This document shows positions 29,399 through 43,626 of a stretch of 64,000 nt of DNA, piece by piece. The first letter of the stretch is position 1, and every line of letters starts with the position of its first letter. This DNA is from Laetmonice hystrix (taxonomy: Eukaryota). The notes beneath the pieces are model-generated. The model was not told the origin of the DNA. It searched no databases and worked only from the letters and a program-made list of their open reading frames with translations. The translations under genes and the position numbers were made by a program. The stretch spans positions 1,490,001-1,554,000 of the forward strand of contig OZ249436.1 of assembly GCA_965235115.1 (NCBI GenBank). Reading direction: 5' to 3'.

Positions 29399-31477
29399 TA
29401 AGACGTAGGCTTACTACAGAAAGCAACGTGCAGAAGTGGCGGTACTCTCGTTAGTAGCGAGAGGAGCATCCCCAGAAGTTTGTTTGGCCCTCCCCATGCT
29501 TATACTTCGGCCATGAAGATAAAATGGTACGACAAATCTAGAGTCTTTATCTAACACGGTACACTTCCATTCGGAAAACCTCGGCCCAACTTCCGGTCGC
29601 TTCTCTAGTTGTGGACTCGGACGTCGCAAGCCGTATAGAGATATGACAGTGATTCCACGGGTTTGGGCCCATCACAACTCGCGTAGTGCGCAACGGCGCA
29701 AAGTAGTTCATAGGCCGTCGGTATTCGGCCTAACGCGAGATTGTTCATCAGGAATGATGGAAATTTCCGAAGATTTGCAGTCTCGATCGTTCTTAGCAGC
29801 CGCGACACATTCAGTTTTGCAGGGGTACCAGGATAAGTAGGACCTGTATGCCTATCTCCCGATACCCGTACCAGGGTAGGTAGAGCCTGTATCTCCCGGT
29901 ACCCGTACCAGGGTAAGTAGGGCCTATGTATTTTTAGCGTAACGCAGGTGATTGGGATATGATTATGTGAAAAATAGTATATTGCTGGAGATATATTATC
30001 ATGTCCGTTTCAGGGTAAAGTACGGAATGGTAAACTATGCATGCAGCAAGAATATAAAGTTTCAAATAAATATAAAAGCACAATAAGTGGCTTAATAAAC
30101 ATTGATGTGAACAGTGTTTTATTATACCAACGCTATGAGGGGAACAACACTTTCCTGTGATGAGATAAGTCTCTCCTGATTCCTAGAGTAATTATTTATG
30201 AAAATAATATATCAGTATAATATCACAGGACATATATAATACCAGCACGTCAAGTGTGACGTACTCATTTCACAGTCTTTGCAAAAATACTGGAACCCCA
30301 GGAAAAATACCGCAACAATTTACCGCAACATTTTACATGCATATCACTGAGGAATTATTGATCTATTCACTGAGGTAGAATTATTTTAATCATGTAAAAC
30401 AAACCCCAAACGGATTCAGTAGTGATTGGGTGTTTAACCCTCCCAGCTGGTTTTCTAAGCATAAAAATTGGGGGGATGACCCCATGTACCCCTATTGCAG
30501 GACTCCAACAGCGCACCGCCACCTCAGGCAGTCAGGCGGTCTACCCCCTACCCCCCCCCCCCCCCCCCGGTTACGAAATCCAGGATCAGCCACTGACAAA
30601 GGCGAGGCAAGTACAATATTTTCAATTTGTTCGTGTCAGTTACCCACTCGGTTAATAAAACCCCACAGCGGAGATCAGTTTTTGTAACAGTCTTATTTAC
30701 AGTGTGTTCGGTTCACCTCGCCCGTCCAGGCGCCTTGGCTGACTGTAGAGATCGAGTTTCACCCCCACACAATGACCCCCGCCCCAGCACGGACCACGCC
30801 CGTGGCTCCTCCTGGCGGCCTACCATCATCCATACACATCATCCATAATGGTGGCAGCCACGTACGGTGGCCCATAAGGTATATCCTCCTGTCTACTTCT
30901 CCCAAGAAAAACACTTTTTTTCGGGATGTTACTTTAAAATATCGAGAAACTTGCATCCATACGGCAGAGAGAATAGAACGAACTTCTTGGAAAGACAATA
31001 ATTTTTGAAGAGACAGAAAAAGCTTTCGACGAAGATAATCTATTGCTTGACAAATGTTACCGGAAGAAATATACCCACAACGGTGGAGAATCTATTCTTG
31101 CGTTTTTATTTGAGTCTGATTCTAAATGTATATCCCTTATGGGTAACCGTAAAGTGTGCAGCTATAGCGTAGAGGATTTAAACCCGGGCAGTAGGAAATG
31201 TGCCGTTACATATTCCGTGCACCCAGGGGTCCCGCGCAGGGGGTGTCGAATATAGACCTTTATCACACCCATGACTAGCTCTGAGCCCTGCTGATAAAAT
31301 GGTACATTGGGTACGGTGGTCTAAAAGTACATCACGGCTCGGCTAAAAAACAAACTCGATCGCCAGGTTAAATAAAGAACTAAAAAAAACTAAAAAAACT
31401 CGTTTCTGCAACCCCAAATTTTCGGCTCGGCTAGCGAAAAACGCGAAAAGCTCGTCCTGGCTAGCGAAAACCACCGC

Positions 31478-31611
31478 CCCCCGGGACTCAAGGCTACCCA
31501 GCCCCGGGACTCAAGGCTACCCACCCCGGGGACTCAAGGCTACGCACCCCCGGGACTCCAGGCTACACACCCAGCCCCGGGATTATATATAGCTATCTAG
31601 CCCCGGGACTC
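31478..31611. repeat. About 23-bp degenerate repeat
   Basis: CCCCGGGACTCAAGGCTACCCA, about 5 copies. Confidence 0.8.
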
Positions 31612-31743
31612 GAACAATGCCACCCTGTCACAGGTCCTGAACGGGTTATGGAAGCCTCCATATTCTCAATTGGTCTTTGATAGCCCATGGCAATCTTATT
31701 TTTGCGTCTTTTTGGACTCTCTCTGCATTTCCTTGTGGGCGTA

Positions 31744-32986
31744 TGTCAACCATGACCATTTCTTGGTGCGTATCCATCAACCATGACCATTTCTTGGTGC
31801 GTATACATGTTGTCAACCGTGACCATACCTTGGTGGGGTTATGTCAAACATGACCATCTGTTGTTGGGTGTGATGTCACCCAGGACCATCTGTTGTTGGC
31901 TGTGATGTCAACCAGGACCATCTGTTGTTGGGTGTGATGTCACCCATGACCATCTGTTGTTGGCTGTGATGTCAACCGGGACCATCTGTTGTTGGGTGTG
32001 ATGTCACCCATGACCATCTGTTGTTGGCTGTGATGTCAACCATGACCATCTCTTGTTGGGTGTGATGTCACCCATGACCATCTGTTGTTGGGTGTGATGT
32101 CACCCAGGGCCATCTGTTGTTGGGTGTGATGTCAACCAGGACCATCTGTTGTTGGGTGTGATGTCACCCAGGACCATCTGTTGTTGGGTGTGATGTCAAA
32201 CATGACCATCTCTTGTTGGGTGTGATGTCACCCATGACCATCTGTTGTTGGCTGTGATGTCAACCAGGACCATCTGTTGTTGGGTGTGATGTCACCCATG
32301 ACCATCTGTTGTTGGGTGTGATGTCACCCATGACCATCTGTTGTTGGGTGTGATGTCAACCAGGACCATCTGTTGTTGGGTGTGATGTCACCCATGACCA
32401 TCTGTTGTTGGGTGTGATGTCAACCAGGACCATCTGTTGTTGGGTGTGATGTCACCCATGACCATCTGTTGTTGGGTGTGATGTCACCCATGACCATCTG
32501 TTGTTGGGTGTGATGTCAACCAGGACCGTCAGTTGTTGGGTGTGATGTCAACCAGGACCGTCAGTTGTTGGGTGTGATGTCAACCAGGACCATCTGTTGT
32601 TGGGTGTGATGTCACCCATGACCATCTGTTGTTGGGTGTGATGTCACCCATGACCGTCTGTTGTTGGGTGTGATGTCAACCAGGACCATCTGTTGTTGGG
32701 TGTGATGTCAACCAGGACCATCTGTTGTTGCGTGTGATGTCAACCAGGACCATCTGTTGTTGGGTGTGATGTCAACCATGACCATCTGTTGTTGGGTGTG
32801 ATGTCACCCATGACCATCTGTTGGGTGTGATGTCAACCAGGACCATCTGTTGTTGGGTGTGATGTCAACCAGGACCATCTGTTGTTGGGTGTGATGTCAA
32901 CCAGGATCATCTGTTGTTGGGTGTGATGTCAACCAGGACCATCTCTTGGTGCGTGTGATGTCAACCAGGACCATCTCTTGGTGCGT
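31744..32986. repeat. 32-bp minisatellite, about 38 copies
   Basis: TCAACCAGGACCATCTGTTGTTGGGTGTGATG. Confidence 0.97.
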
Positions 32987-33089
32987 CTACTGTATATTTT
33001 ATAGCCTTTCTTGAGAGGTGCACATGCTGAAATGAAGAAAGGACCAATGACATTATAATAGAATTACCAATCATTGATTATACGTTTTC

Positions 33090-33471
33090 TAAGCTACCCG
33101 TCCTTCTCTTCAGAAACCTAACAAAACACAGGGCTGTAGTAAGCTACCCGTCCTTCTCTACAGAAACCTAGCAAAACACAGGGCCGTAGTAAGCTACCCG
33201 TCCTTCCCTACAGAAACCTAACAAAACACAGGGCTGTAGTAAGCTACCCGCCCTTCTCTACGAAAAACCTAACAAAACACAGGGCCGTAGTAAGCTACCC
33301 GTCCTTCTCTACGGAAACCTAACAAAACACAGGGCTGTAGTAAGCTACCCGTCCTTCTCTACGGAAACCTAACAAAACACAGGGCCGTAGTAAGCTACCC
33401 GTCCTTCTCTACGGAAACCTAACAAAACACAGGGCTGTAGTAAGCTACCCGCCCTTCTCTACGGAAACCTA
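33090..33471. repeat. 50-bp minisatellite, about 7.5 copies
   Basis: TAAGCTACCCGTCCTTCTCTACGGAAACCTAACAAAACACAGGGCTGTAG. Confidence 0.96.
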
Positions 33472-33478
33472 GTAACAT

Positions 33479-35231
33479 ATGATATGATTTATATATTGTC
33501 TGACACCATAGCATGATATGATTTACATATTGTCTGACATCATAGCATGATATGATGTTGTCTGACACCATAGCATGATGTGATTTATATATTGTCTGAC
33601 ACCATAGCATGATATGATTTACATATTGTCTGACACCATAGCATGATATGATTTATATATTGTCTGACACCATAGCATGATATGATTTTGTCTGACACCA
33701 TAGCATGATATGATTTACATATTGTGTGACACCATAGCATGATATGATTTACATATTGTCTGACACCATAGCATGATATGATTTACATATTGTCTGACAC
33801 CATAGCATGATATGATTTACATATTGTCTGACACCATAGCATGATATGATTTTGTCTGACACCATAGCATGATATGATTTATTAATTGTCTGACACCATA
33901 GCATGATATGATTTACATATTGTCTGACACCATAGCATGATGTGATTTATATATTGTCTGACACCATAGCATGATATGATTTATATATTGTCTGACACCA
34001 TAGCATGATATGATTTACATATTGTCTGACACCATAGCATGATATAATTTACATATTGTCTGACACCATAGCATGATATGATTTACATATTGTCTGACAC
34101 CATAGCATGATATGATTTACATATTGTCTGACACCATAGCATGATATGATTTTGTCTGACACCATAGCATGATATGATTTATTAATTGTCTGACACCATA
34201 GCATGATATGATTTACATAATGTCTGACACCATAGCATGATATGATTTACATATTGTCTGACACCATAGCATGGTGTGATTTATATATTGTCTGACACCA
34301 TAGCATGATATGATTTATATATTGTCTGACACCATAGCATGATATGATTTACATAATGTCTGACACCATAGCATGATGTGATTTATATATTGTCTGACAC
34401 CATAGCATGATATGATTTACATTTTGTCTGACACCATAGCATGATATGATTTTGTCTGACACCATAGCATGATATGATTTACATATTGTCTGACACCATA
34501 GCATGATATGATTTATATATTGTCTGACACCATAGCATGATATGATTTACATATTGTCTGACACCATAGCATGATATGATTTACATATTGTCTGACACCA
34601 TAGCATGATATGATTTATATATTGTCTGACACCATAGCATGATGTGATTTATATATTGTCTGAAACCATAGCATGATATGATTTACATATTGTCTGACAC
34701 CATAGCATGATATGATTTTGTCTGACACCATAGCATGATATGATTTACATATTGTCTGACACCATAGCATGATGTGATTTACATATTGTCTGACACCATA
34801 GCATGATATGATTTACATATTGTCTGACACCATAGCATGATATGATTTATATATTGTCTGACACCATAGCATGATATGATTTACATATTGTCTGACACCA
34901 TAGCATGATATGATTTACATATTGTCTGACACCATAGCATGATGTGATTTACATATTGTCTGACACCATAGCATGATATGATTTATATATTGTCTGACAC
35001 CATAGCATGATATGATTTACATATTGTCTGACACCATAGCATGATATGATTTACATATTGTCTGACACCATAGCATGATATGATTTACATATTGTCTGAC
35101 ACCATAGCATGATATGATTTACATATTGTCTGACACCATAGCATGATGTGATTTACATATTGTCTGACACCATAGCATGATATGATTTTGTCTGACACCA
35201 TAGCATGATATGATTTACATATTGTCTGACA
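33479..35231. repeat. 34-bp (28-bp variant) minisatellite, about 52 copies
   Basis: ATGATATGATTTACATATTGTCTGACACCATAGC. Confidence 0.97.
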
Positions 35232-35232
35232 G

Positions 35233-35530
35233 CACCTGGGTTGTTTAGGTCATTCCCCGACCTGTACCTAGCCGTAACTCCACCTGGGTTGTTTGGGTCA
35301 TTCCCTGACCTGTACCTAGCCGGTTTAATTACACATGGGTTGTTTGGGTCATTCTCTGACCTGTACCTAGCCGGTTTAATTACACATGGGTTGTTTGGGT
35401 CATTCCCTGACCTGTACCTAGCCGTAACTCCACCTGGGTTGTTTGGGTCATTCCCTGACCTGTACCTAGCCGTAACTCCACCTGGGCTGTTTGGGTCATT
35501 CCCTGACCTGTACCTAGCCGGTTTAATTAT
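35233..35530. repeat. 48/51-bp minisatellite, 6 copies
   Basis: CACCTGGGTTGTTTGGGTCATTCCCTGACCTGTACCTAGCCGTAACTC. Confidence 0.95.
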
Positions 35531-35569
35531 ACCCCTCGTTGTGAACAATAGGTGTACGGATGTGTAATA

Positions 35570-36633
35570 TCCAAATTGCAAAGGACAGCGAGCCATTTAT
35601 ACTGGGGGACATCACGATAGGATATACCGAGAGCTATGTACCTTGGGGCCTACTGTAGCGATCAAACTGTATCCGCGCAGGTCAAGGCACAAGTGCGAAT
35701 AAAAACAGGCCATGTAATGAAGTTTAGCTCCTTCTTGGCCAAAAACAATGATGCCCCTTACGCGGTGAAAGAGCGGGTGTGGGATAGTGCCCTTCTCAGC
35801 GCTATCTTCTATAGCTGTGAAACATGGCTGACCAATGATGTACGAACGGCTGAGGCTACGTATATGAACACCCTCAAACAGATGTTAGGAGTCCGATCCA
35901 CTACTTGCAATGACCTGGCTGTAACTGAAGCAGGGGTAGGAACTGCTAAAGCGTACATAAAACAAAGACAATGCGATTTTATTCACAGACTATGCCGTAG
36001 AGAGGATTTCTGGGACTCTTACATTGGAAATCATTGGAACTCTATATCAACGAGAGTCGAGAAAATGTACGGGCAGCAATAAGTAGCTTATCTATAGGTG
36101 TGTGTCGCCCACTGTACCAGAGTACACACGAGTTGCCTTCACACGAATGCGTCTTGGTGCGCACAACCTCCGCATTGAGACGGGGAGGTGGGCCCGCATA
36201 GCCCGCGAGAACCGAACATGTGAATGTGGGCACTCGGTGCAGTCGGAGGAGCATGTCCTGACCCGGTGTCCATTGACTCTAGCTGCCCGTTTGCGCTGCT
36301 CCGAGGCCATAGGCCAACCAATGAACCACATCAACCTTGACCCTATCGAGGGGCAGAGCAAACAAATTGCTAGACTGTGCTGGGACATTTTTGAAAAGTT
36401 TAAGTAATTTATTCCTGTATTATGTATATATTTGTGATTTCCTGATTATAGTTTACCGATTTTCAGTCTACAGTATAACTCCGCTCCAAGCATAAGTAAC
36501 ATTTTTCTTTTTTTTCTTTTTTTCATTATCTTATCTTTTTGTTCTTTTCACCTTTGGACAGAAGACCGTGCTTAGCCCTTATTTTCCCCTTGTACAGTAC
36601 CACACTTTTGTCAATAAATACTACTACTACTAC
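35570..36633 (+). mobile_element. 5'-truncated, degenerate non-LTR retrotransposon (LINE; CR1/L2-group-like 3' end)
   Basis: RT C-terminal/thumb-like segment (YLG, frameshifted near 35637; IFYSCETW; LKQMLGV) followed after a stop/deletion by RMRLGAHNLRIETGRW..CECG..EEHVLTRCP. T-rich 3' UTR, AATAAA at 36613 and a (TAC)5 tail. Confidence 0.85.
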
Positions 36634-36967
36634 TGTACGGTTCGTGTGTCAGTAGTAGGTGCGGGTACCAGGATGTGTACGGTCCGTGTGTCAGTAGTAG
36701 GTGCGGGTACCAGGATGTGTACGGTCCGTGTGTCAGTAGTAGGTGCGGGTACCAGGATGTGTACGGTTCGTGTGTCAGTAGTAGGTGCGGGTACCAGGAT
36801 GTGTACCGTGTGTCAGTATAGTAGGTGCGGGTACCAGGATGTGTACGGTCTGTGTGTCAGTAGTAGGTGCGGGTACCAGGATGTGTACGGTCCGTGTGTC
36901 AGTAGTAGGTGCGGGTACCAGGATGTGTACGGTCTGTGTATCAGTAGTAGGTGCGGGTACCAGGATG
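36634..36967. repeat. 42-bp minisatellite, 8 copies
   Basis: TGTACGGTCCGTGTGTCAGTAGTAGGTGCGGGTACCAGGATG. Confidence 0.96.
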
Positions 36968-37608
36968 GTTCCGTACAGTAGAATGTGTTCAGGATTCCCA
37001 GGGCTATGCAGGGACATGATGGAAAGGGAGCCAACATTGATTGTTCTCGTCAGACAAATGGTTCCCATGCTGGGCCGTGCCACTATAGTGGTGTCACCTA
37101 CAGGTGTCGGTACACACTACCATGGGGGTGGGGGTGGCGGGGGGGGGGGGGCGCTGTGATATGTCGACTGAAAGACGCAGTGGCCTCGGGATATGTCAAC
37201 ATTGGCCCAGCGCCGCTAACATAACAATAGTACCGTCCAGAGGACCGGTGGCCCCACATTTTATGATTGGGCCGAGTTACTGTCGCAAGGTTTTCCATTC
37301 AGATGGCCAAGTAAGCAAACATTTGTGTAAACTGTACGACAAAATGTGTCATTAGTTGAAAACTTTTGAAGCCGCAGTGGGACGATGAGTAAATTATGCT
37401 CATTTATTAAAATAAACTATGCCTTCATGTAAGTTTTCCTGTGACTCATTCATTTTCTGGAATCGTACTTTAATTCTTTCAGTGCCCTGTGTCATTTATT
37501 TACATGTAATATTAATATGTTTCATCCACAGTGACTGCCAAATAAAGCCTCTGTTTCCGAGCGACAACCGCCCTATACCTGCTCTAGATACGCTATCTAC
37601 CTCTGAGT

Positions 37609-40600
37609 CACTGTCCCATACCTCCACTGTTATCTCACCGAGCCCCCACTGTCCTATACCTCCACTCACTGGGCCCCCACTGTCCCCTACCTCCACTCAC
37701 TGGGCCCCCACTGTCCCCTACCTCCACTCACTGGGCCCCCACTGTCCCATACCTCCACTCACCGAGCCCCCACTGTCCCATACCTCCACTCACTGGGCCC
37801 CCACTGTCCCCTACCTCCACTCACTGGGCCCCCACTGTCCCCTACCTCCACTCACTGGGCCCCCACTGTCCCATACCTCCACTCACCGAGCCCCCACTGT
37901 CCCATACCTCCACTCACTGGGCCCCCACTGTCCCATACCTCCACTCACTGAGCCCCCACTGTCCCATACCTCCACTCATCGAGCCCCCACTGTCCCATAC
38001 CTCCACTCATCGAGCCCCCACTGTCCCATACCTCCACTCATCGAGCCCCCACTGTCCCATACCTCCACTCATCGAGCCCCCACTGTCCCATACCTCCACT
38101 GTTATCTCACCGAGCCCTCACTGTCCCATACCTCCACTCACTGGGCCCCCACTGTCCCATACCTCCACTCACTGGGCCCCCACTGTCCCATACCTCCACT
38201 CACTGAGCCCCCACTGTCCCCTACCTCCACTCACTGAGCCCCCACTGTCCCATATCTCCATCACCGAGCCCCCACTGTCCCCTACCTCCACTCACCGAGC
38301 CCCCACTGTCCCCTACCTCCACTCACTGGGCCCCCACTGTCCCCTACCTCCACTCACCGAGCCCCCACTGTCCCCTACCTCCACTCACTGGGCCCCCACT
38401 GTCCCATACCTCCACTCACCGAGCCCCCACTGTCCCCTACCTCCACTCACTGGGTCCCCACTGTCCCCTACTCCACTCACTGGGCCCCCACTGTCCCATA
38501 CCTCCACTGTTATCTCACCGAGCCCCCACTGTCCCCTACCTCCACTCACTGGGCCCCCACTGTCCCCTACCTCCACTCACTGGGCCCCCACTGTCCCATA
38601 CCTCCACTGTTATCTCACCGAGCCCTCACTGTCCCATACCTCCACTCACTGGGCCCCCACTGTCCCCTACTCCACTCACTGGGCCCCCACTGTCCCATAC
38701 CTCCACTGTTATCTCACCGAGCCCCCACTGTCCCCTACCTCCACTCACTGGGTCCCCACTGTCCCCTACCTCCACTCACTGGGCCCCCACTGTCCCCTAC
38801 CTCCACTCACTGGGCCCCCACTGTCCCCTACCTCCACTCACTGAGCCCCCACTGTCCCCTACTCCACTCACTGGGCCCCCACTGTCCCCTACCTCCACTC
38901 ACTGGGCCCCCACTGTCCCCTACCTCCACTCACTGAGCCCCCACTGTCCCCTACCTCCACTCACTGGGCCCCCACTGTCCCCTACCTCCACTCACTGGGC
39001 CCCCACTGTCCCATACCTCCACTGTTATCTCACCGAGCCCTCACTGTCCCATACCTCCACTCACTGGGCCCCCACTGTCCCCTACCTCCACTCACTGGGC
39101 CCCCACTGTCCCCTACTCCACTCACTGGGCCCCCACTGTCCCATACCTCCACTGTTATCTCACCGAGCCCCCACTGTCCCCTACCTCCACTCACTGGGTC
39201 CCCACTGTCCCCTACCTCCACTCACTGGGCCCCCACTGTCCCCTACCTCCACTCACTGGGCCCCCACTGTCCCCTACCTCCACTCACTGAGCCCCCACTG
39301 TCCCCTACCTCCACTCACCGAGCCCCCACTGTCCCCTACCTCCACTCACTGGGCCCCCACTGTCCCCTACCTCCACTCACTGGGCCCCCACTGTCCCATA
39401 CCTCCACTGTTATCTCACCGAGCCCTCACTGTCCCATACCTCCACTCACTGGGCCCCCACTGTCCCCTACTCCACTCACTGGGCCCCCACTGTCCCATAC
39501 CTCCACTGTTATCTCACCGAGCCCTCACTGTCCCATACCTCCACTCACTGGGCCCCCACTGTCCCATACCTCCACTCACTGAGCCCCCACTGTCCCCTAC
39601 CTCCACTCACTGAGCCCCCCCCCCTGTCCCATACCTCCACTCACCGGGCCACCACTGTCCCATACCTCCACTGTTATCTCACCGAGCCCCCACTGTCCCA
39701 TACCTCCACTCACTGGGCCCCCACTGTCCCATACCTCCACTCACTGAGCCCCCACTGTCCCCTACCTCCACTCACTGAGCCCCCCCCCCCCCTGTCCCAT
39801 ACCTCCACTCACCGGGCCACCACTGTCCCATACCTCCACTGTTATCTCGCTAAGCCCCCACTGTCCCATACCTCCACTGTTATCTCGCTGAGCCCCCACT
39901 CTCCCATACCTCCACTGTTATCTCGCTGAGCCCCCACTGTACGTCCCATACCTCCACTGTTATCTCGCTGAGCCCCCACTGTCCCATACCTCCACTGTTA
40001 TCTCGCTGAGCCCCCACTGTCCCATACCTCCACTGTTATCTCGCTGAGCCCCCACTGTCCCATACCTCCACTATTATCTCACTGAGCCCCCACTGTCCCA
40101 TAACTCCACTGTTATCTCCCTGAATCTGTCCCGTACTTTCTCTGTTATCATCAGAGGCGCCACTCCTTATCCTTGGGACGCCTGAACTCCTGCCTGCCAC
40201 ACCGACATCCTCGTTGTTGAAGTCTGACCTTTTCAGCCGTTTACTTTTTCCCGAAGAAAAACCGCATAAAGCAAGTTGGTCTTTCAAATGTCCCCCACTG
40301 TCCCCTACCTCCACTCACTGGGTCCCCACTGTCCCCTACCTCCACTGTTATCTCACAGAGCCATCACTGTCCCATACCTCCACTCACTGGGCCCCCACTG
40401 TCCCCTACCTCCACTCACTGGGCCCCCACTGTCCCCTACCTCCACTCACTGAGCCCCCACTGTCCCCTACCTCCACTCACTGGGTCCCCACTGTCCCCTA
40501 CCTCCACTCACTGGGCCCCCACTGTCCCATACCTCCACTGTTATCTCACAGAGCCATCACTGTCCCATACCTCCACTCACTGGGCCCCCACTGTCCCATA

Positions 40601-43088
40601 CCTCCACTGTTATCTCACCGAGCCCTCACTGTCCCATACCTCCACTCACTGAGCCCCCACTGTCCCATACCTCCACTCACCGAGCCCCCACTGTCCCATA
40701 CCTCCACTCATCGAGCCCCCACTGTCCCATACCTCCACTCACTGGGCCCCCACTGTCCCATACCTTCACTCACTGAGCCCCCACTGTCCCCTACCTCCAC
40801 TCACTGAGCCCCCACTGTCCCATATCTCTATCACCGAGCCCCCACTGTCCCATACCTCCACTCATCGAGCCCCCACTGTCCCCTACCTCCACTCACTGGG
40901 CCCCCACTGTCCCATACCTCCACTCACTGAGCCCCCACTGTCCCCTACCTCCACTCACCGAGCCCCCACTGTCCCATACCTCCACTCACTGGGCCCCCAC
41001 TGTCCCCTACCTCCACTCACTGGGCCCCCACTGTCCCATATCTCCATCACTGAGCCCCCACTGTCCCATACCTCCACTGTTATCTCGCTGAGCCCCCACT
41101 GTCCCATACCTCCACTGTTATCTCGCTGAGCCCCCACTGTCCCATACCTCCACTGTTATCTCACTGGGCCCCCACTGTCCCATACCTCCACTGTTATCCC
41201 ACTGAGCCCCCACTGTCCCATAACTCCACTGTTATCTCCCTTAATCTGTCCCGTACTTTCTCTGTTATCATCAGAGGCTCCACTCCTTATCCTTGGGACG
41301 CCTGAACTCCTGCCTGCCACACCGACATCCTCGTTGTTGAAGTCTGACCTTTTCAGCCGTTTACTTTTTCCCGAAGAAAAACCGCATAAAGCAAGTTGGT
41401 CTTTCAAATGTCCCCCACTGTCCCCTACCTCCACTCACTGGGTCCCCACTGTCCCCTACCTCCACTCACTGGGCCCCCACTGTCCCATACCTCCACTGTT
41501 ATCTCACAGAGCCATCACTGTCCCATACCTCCACTCACTGGGCCCCCACTGTCCCCTACTCCACTCACTGGGCCCCCACTGTCCCCTACCTCCACTCACT
41601 GGGCCCCCACTGTCCCCTACCTCCACTCACTGGGCCCCCACTGTCCCCTACCTCCACTCACTGGGCCCCCACTGTCCCCTACCTCCACTCACTGGGCCCC
41701 CACTGTCCCCTACCTCCACTCACTGGGCCCCCACTGTCCCCTACCTCCACTCACTGGGCCCCCACTGTCCCCTACCTCCACTCACTGGGCCCCCACTGTC
41801 CCCTACCTCCACTCACTGGGCCCCCACTGTCCCCTACCTCCACTCACTGGGCCCCCACTGTCCCATACCTCCACTGTTATCTCACAGAGCCATCACTGTC
41901 CCCTACCTCCACTCACTGGGCCCCCACTGTCCCCTACCTCCACTCACTGGGCCCCCACTGTCCCCTACCTCCACTCACTGGGCCCCCACTGTCCCCTACC
42001 TCCACTCACTGGGCCCCCACTGTCCCATACCTCCACTGTTATCTCACAGAGCCATCACTGTCCCATACCTCCACTCACTGGGCCCCCACTGTCCCATACC
42101 TCCACTGTTATCTCACCGAGCCCTCACTGTCCCATACCTCCACTCACTGAGCCCCCACTGTCCCATACCTCCACTCACCGAGCCCCCACTGTCCCATACC
42201 TCCACTCACCGAGCCCCCACTGTCCCATACCTCCACTCATCGAGCCCCCACTGTCCCATACCTCCACTCACTGGGCCCCCACTGTCCCATACCTCCACTC
42301 ACTGAGCCCCCACTGTCCCCTACCTCCACTCACTGAGCCCCCACTGTCCCATACCTCCACTCATCGAGCCCCCACTGTCCCATACCTCCACTCATCGAGC
42401 CCCCACTGTCCCATACCTCCACTCACTGGGCCCCCACTGTCCCATACCTCCACTCACTGGGCCCCCACTGTCCCATACCTCCACTCATCGAGCCCCCACT
42501 GTCCCCTACCTCCACTCACTGAGCCCCCACTGTCCCATATCTCCATCACCGAGCCCCCACTGTCCCATACCTCCACTCATCGAGCCCCCACTGTCCCCTA
42601 CCTCCACTCACTGGGCCCCCACTGTCCCATACCTCCACTCACTGAGCCCCCACTGTCCCCTACCTCCACTCACCGAGCCCCCACTGTCCCATACCTCCAC
42701 TCACTGGGCCCCCACTGTCCCCTACCTCCACTCACTGGGCCCCCACTGTCCCATATCTCCATCACTGAGCCCCCACTGTCCCATACCTCCACTGTTATCT
42801 CGCTGAGCCCCCACTGTCCCATACCTCCACTGTTATCTCACTGGGCCCCCACTGTCCCATACCTCCACTGTTATCCCACTGAGCCCCCACTGTCCCATAA
42901 CTCCACTGTTATCTCCCTTAATCTGTCCCGTACTTTCTCTGTTATCATCAGAGGCTCCACTCCTTATCCTTGGGACGCCTGAACTCCTGCCTGCCACACC
43001 GACATTCTCGATGTTGAAGTCTGACCTTTTTAGCCGTTTACTTTTTCCTGAAGAAAAACCGCATAAAGCAAGTTGGTCTTTCAAATGT
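37609..43088. repeat. 31/37-bp C-rich minisatellite (5.4 kb) containing three copies of an about 170-bp unique block
   Basis: CCCCCACTGTCCCMTACCTCCACT(GTTATC)CACTGGG units; blocks at about 40121-40290, 41241-41410 and 42920-43088. Confidence 0.97.
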
Positions 43089-43626
43089 TATGGCTAAAGG
43101 TGAAAGTAAGTAGGAAAATGTAGAATAAAGCAGAGATCATGTTGAAGGGTAGGTTTGAGAATACGTGTATACAATCGATCCTGCATGGAATTATGGATTC
43201 ACATATCGACTTAACACGTTTTAATAAGCATTTTCGAAATGTTATACCATACAGTGACTAAAATACGTTATACGTTCGTGCAAGAGATCTATCGCTTAAA
43301 GTGGCACTCCAAATTCCTCACTTAATATTTATATATTTAGATCATAGTTTATGTCCAAATATGGCAGGAATTGGAGTGGAAGCCAGGGGAACAGCGGAGA
43401 CATATTTTTCTATTCAATTTTTAAAATACTTTCGCTTATTTATGAAAAAAGAATCACAGATAAGATATCTTCCTGCCCTCCCTGACCGAAATGTTCTCAT
43501 CTGTAGCCATGTCAGAAGGGGAGTGTGTGTGTGTGTGTGTGTGGGGGGGGGGGTAACCTAGTGATTTTTTGAGCCTGCATTAATTGTAACACTACTTACA
43601 CAATAACAACGTGTGACCGACTGGAA

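Noticed and set aside
35153..37159. Repetitive ORFs either side of the LINE
   Set aside because: Translations of the 48-bp and 42-bp arrays.
42920..42965. Hammerhead-like core CTGATGA..GAAA on the minus strand of the triplicated block
   Set aside because: Stems II and III cannot form convincingly and stem I would be only about 3 bp.
37419..42982. Long Pro/His/Thr-rich ORFs (272, 323 and 528 aa)
   Set aside because: They are translations of a 31-bp minisatellite that cycles through frames, with several overlapping frames open and no domain content.
37609..43088. CRISPR-like repeat/spacer appearance
   Set aside because: Eukaryotic context, the interspersed blocks are copies of each other rather than unique spacers, and there are no cas genes.
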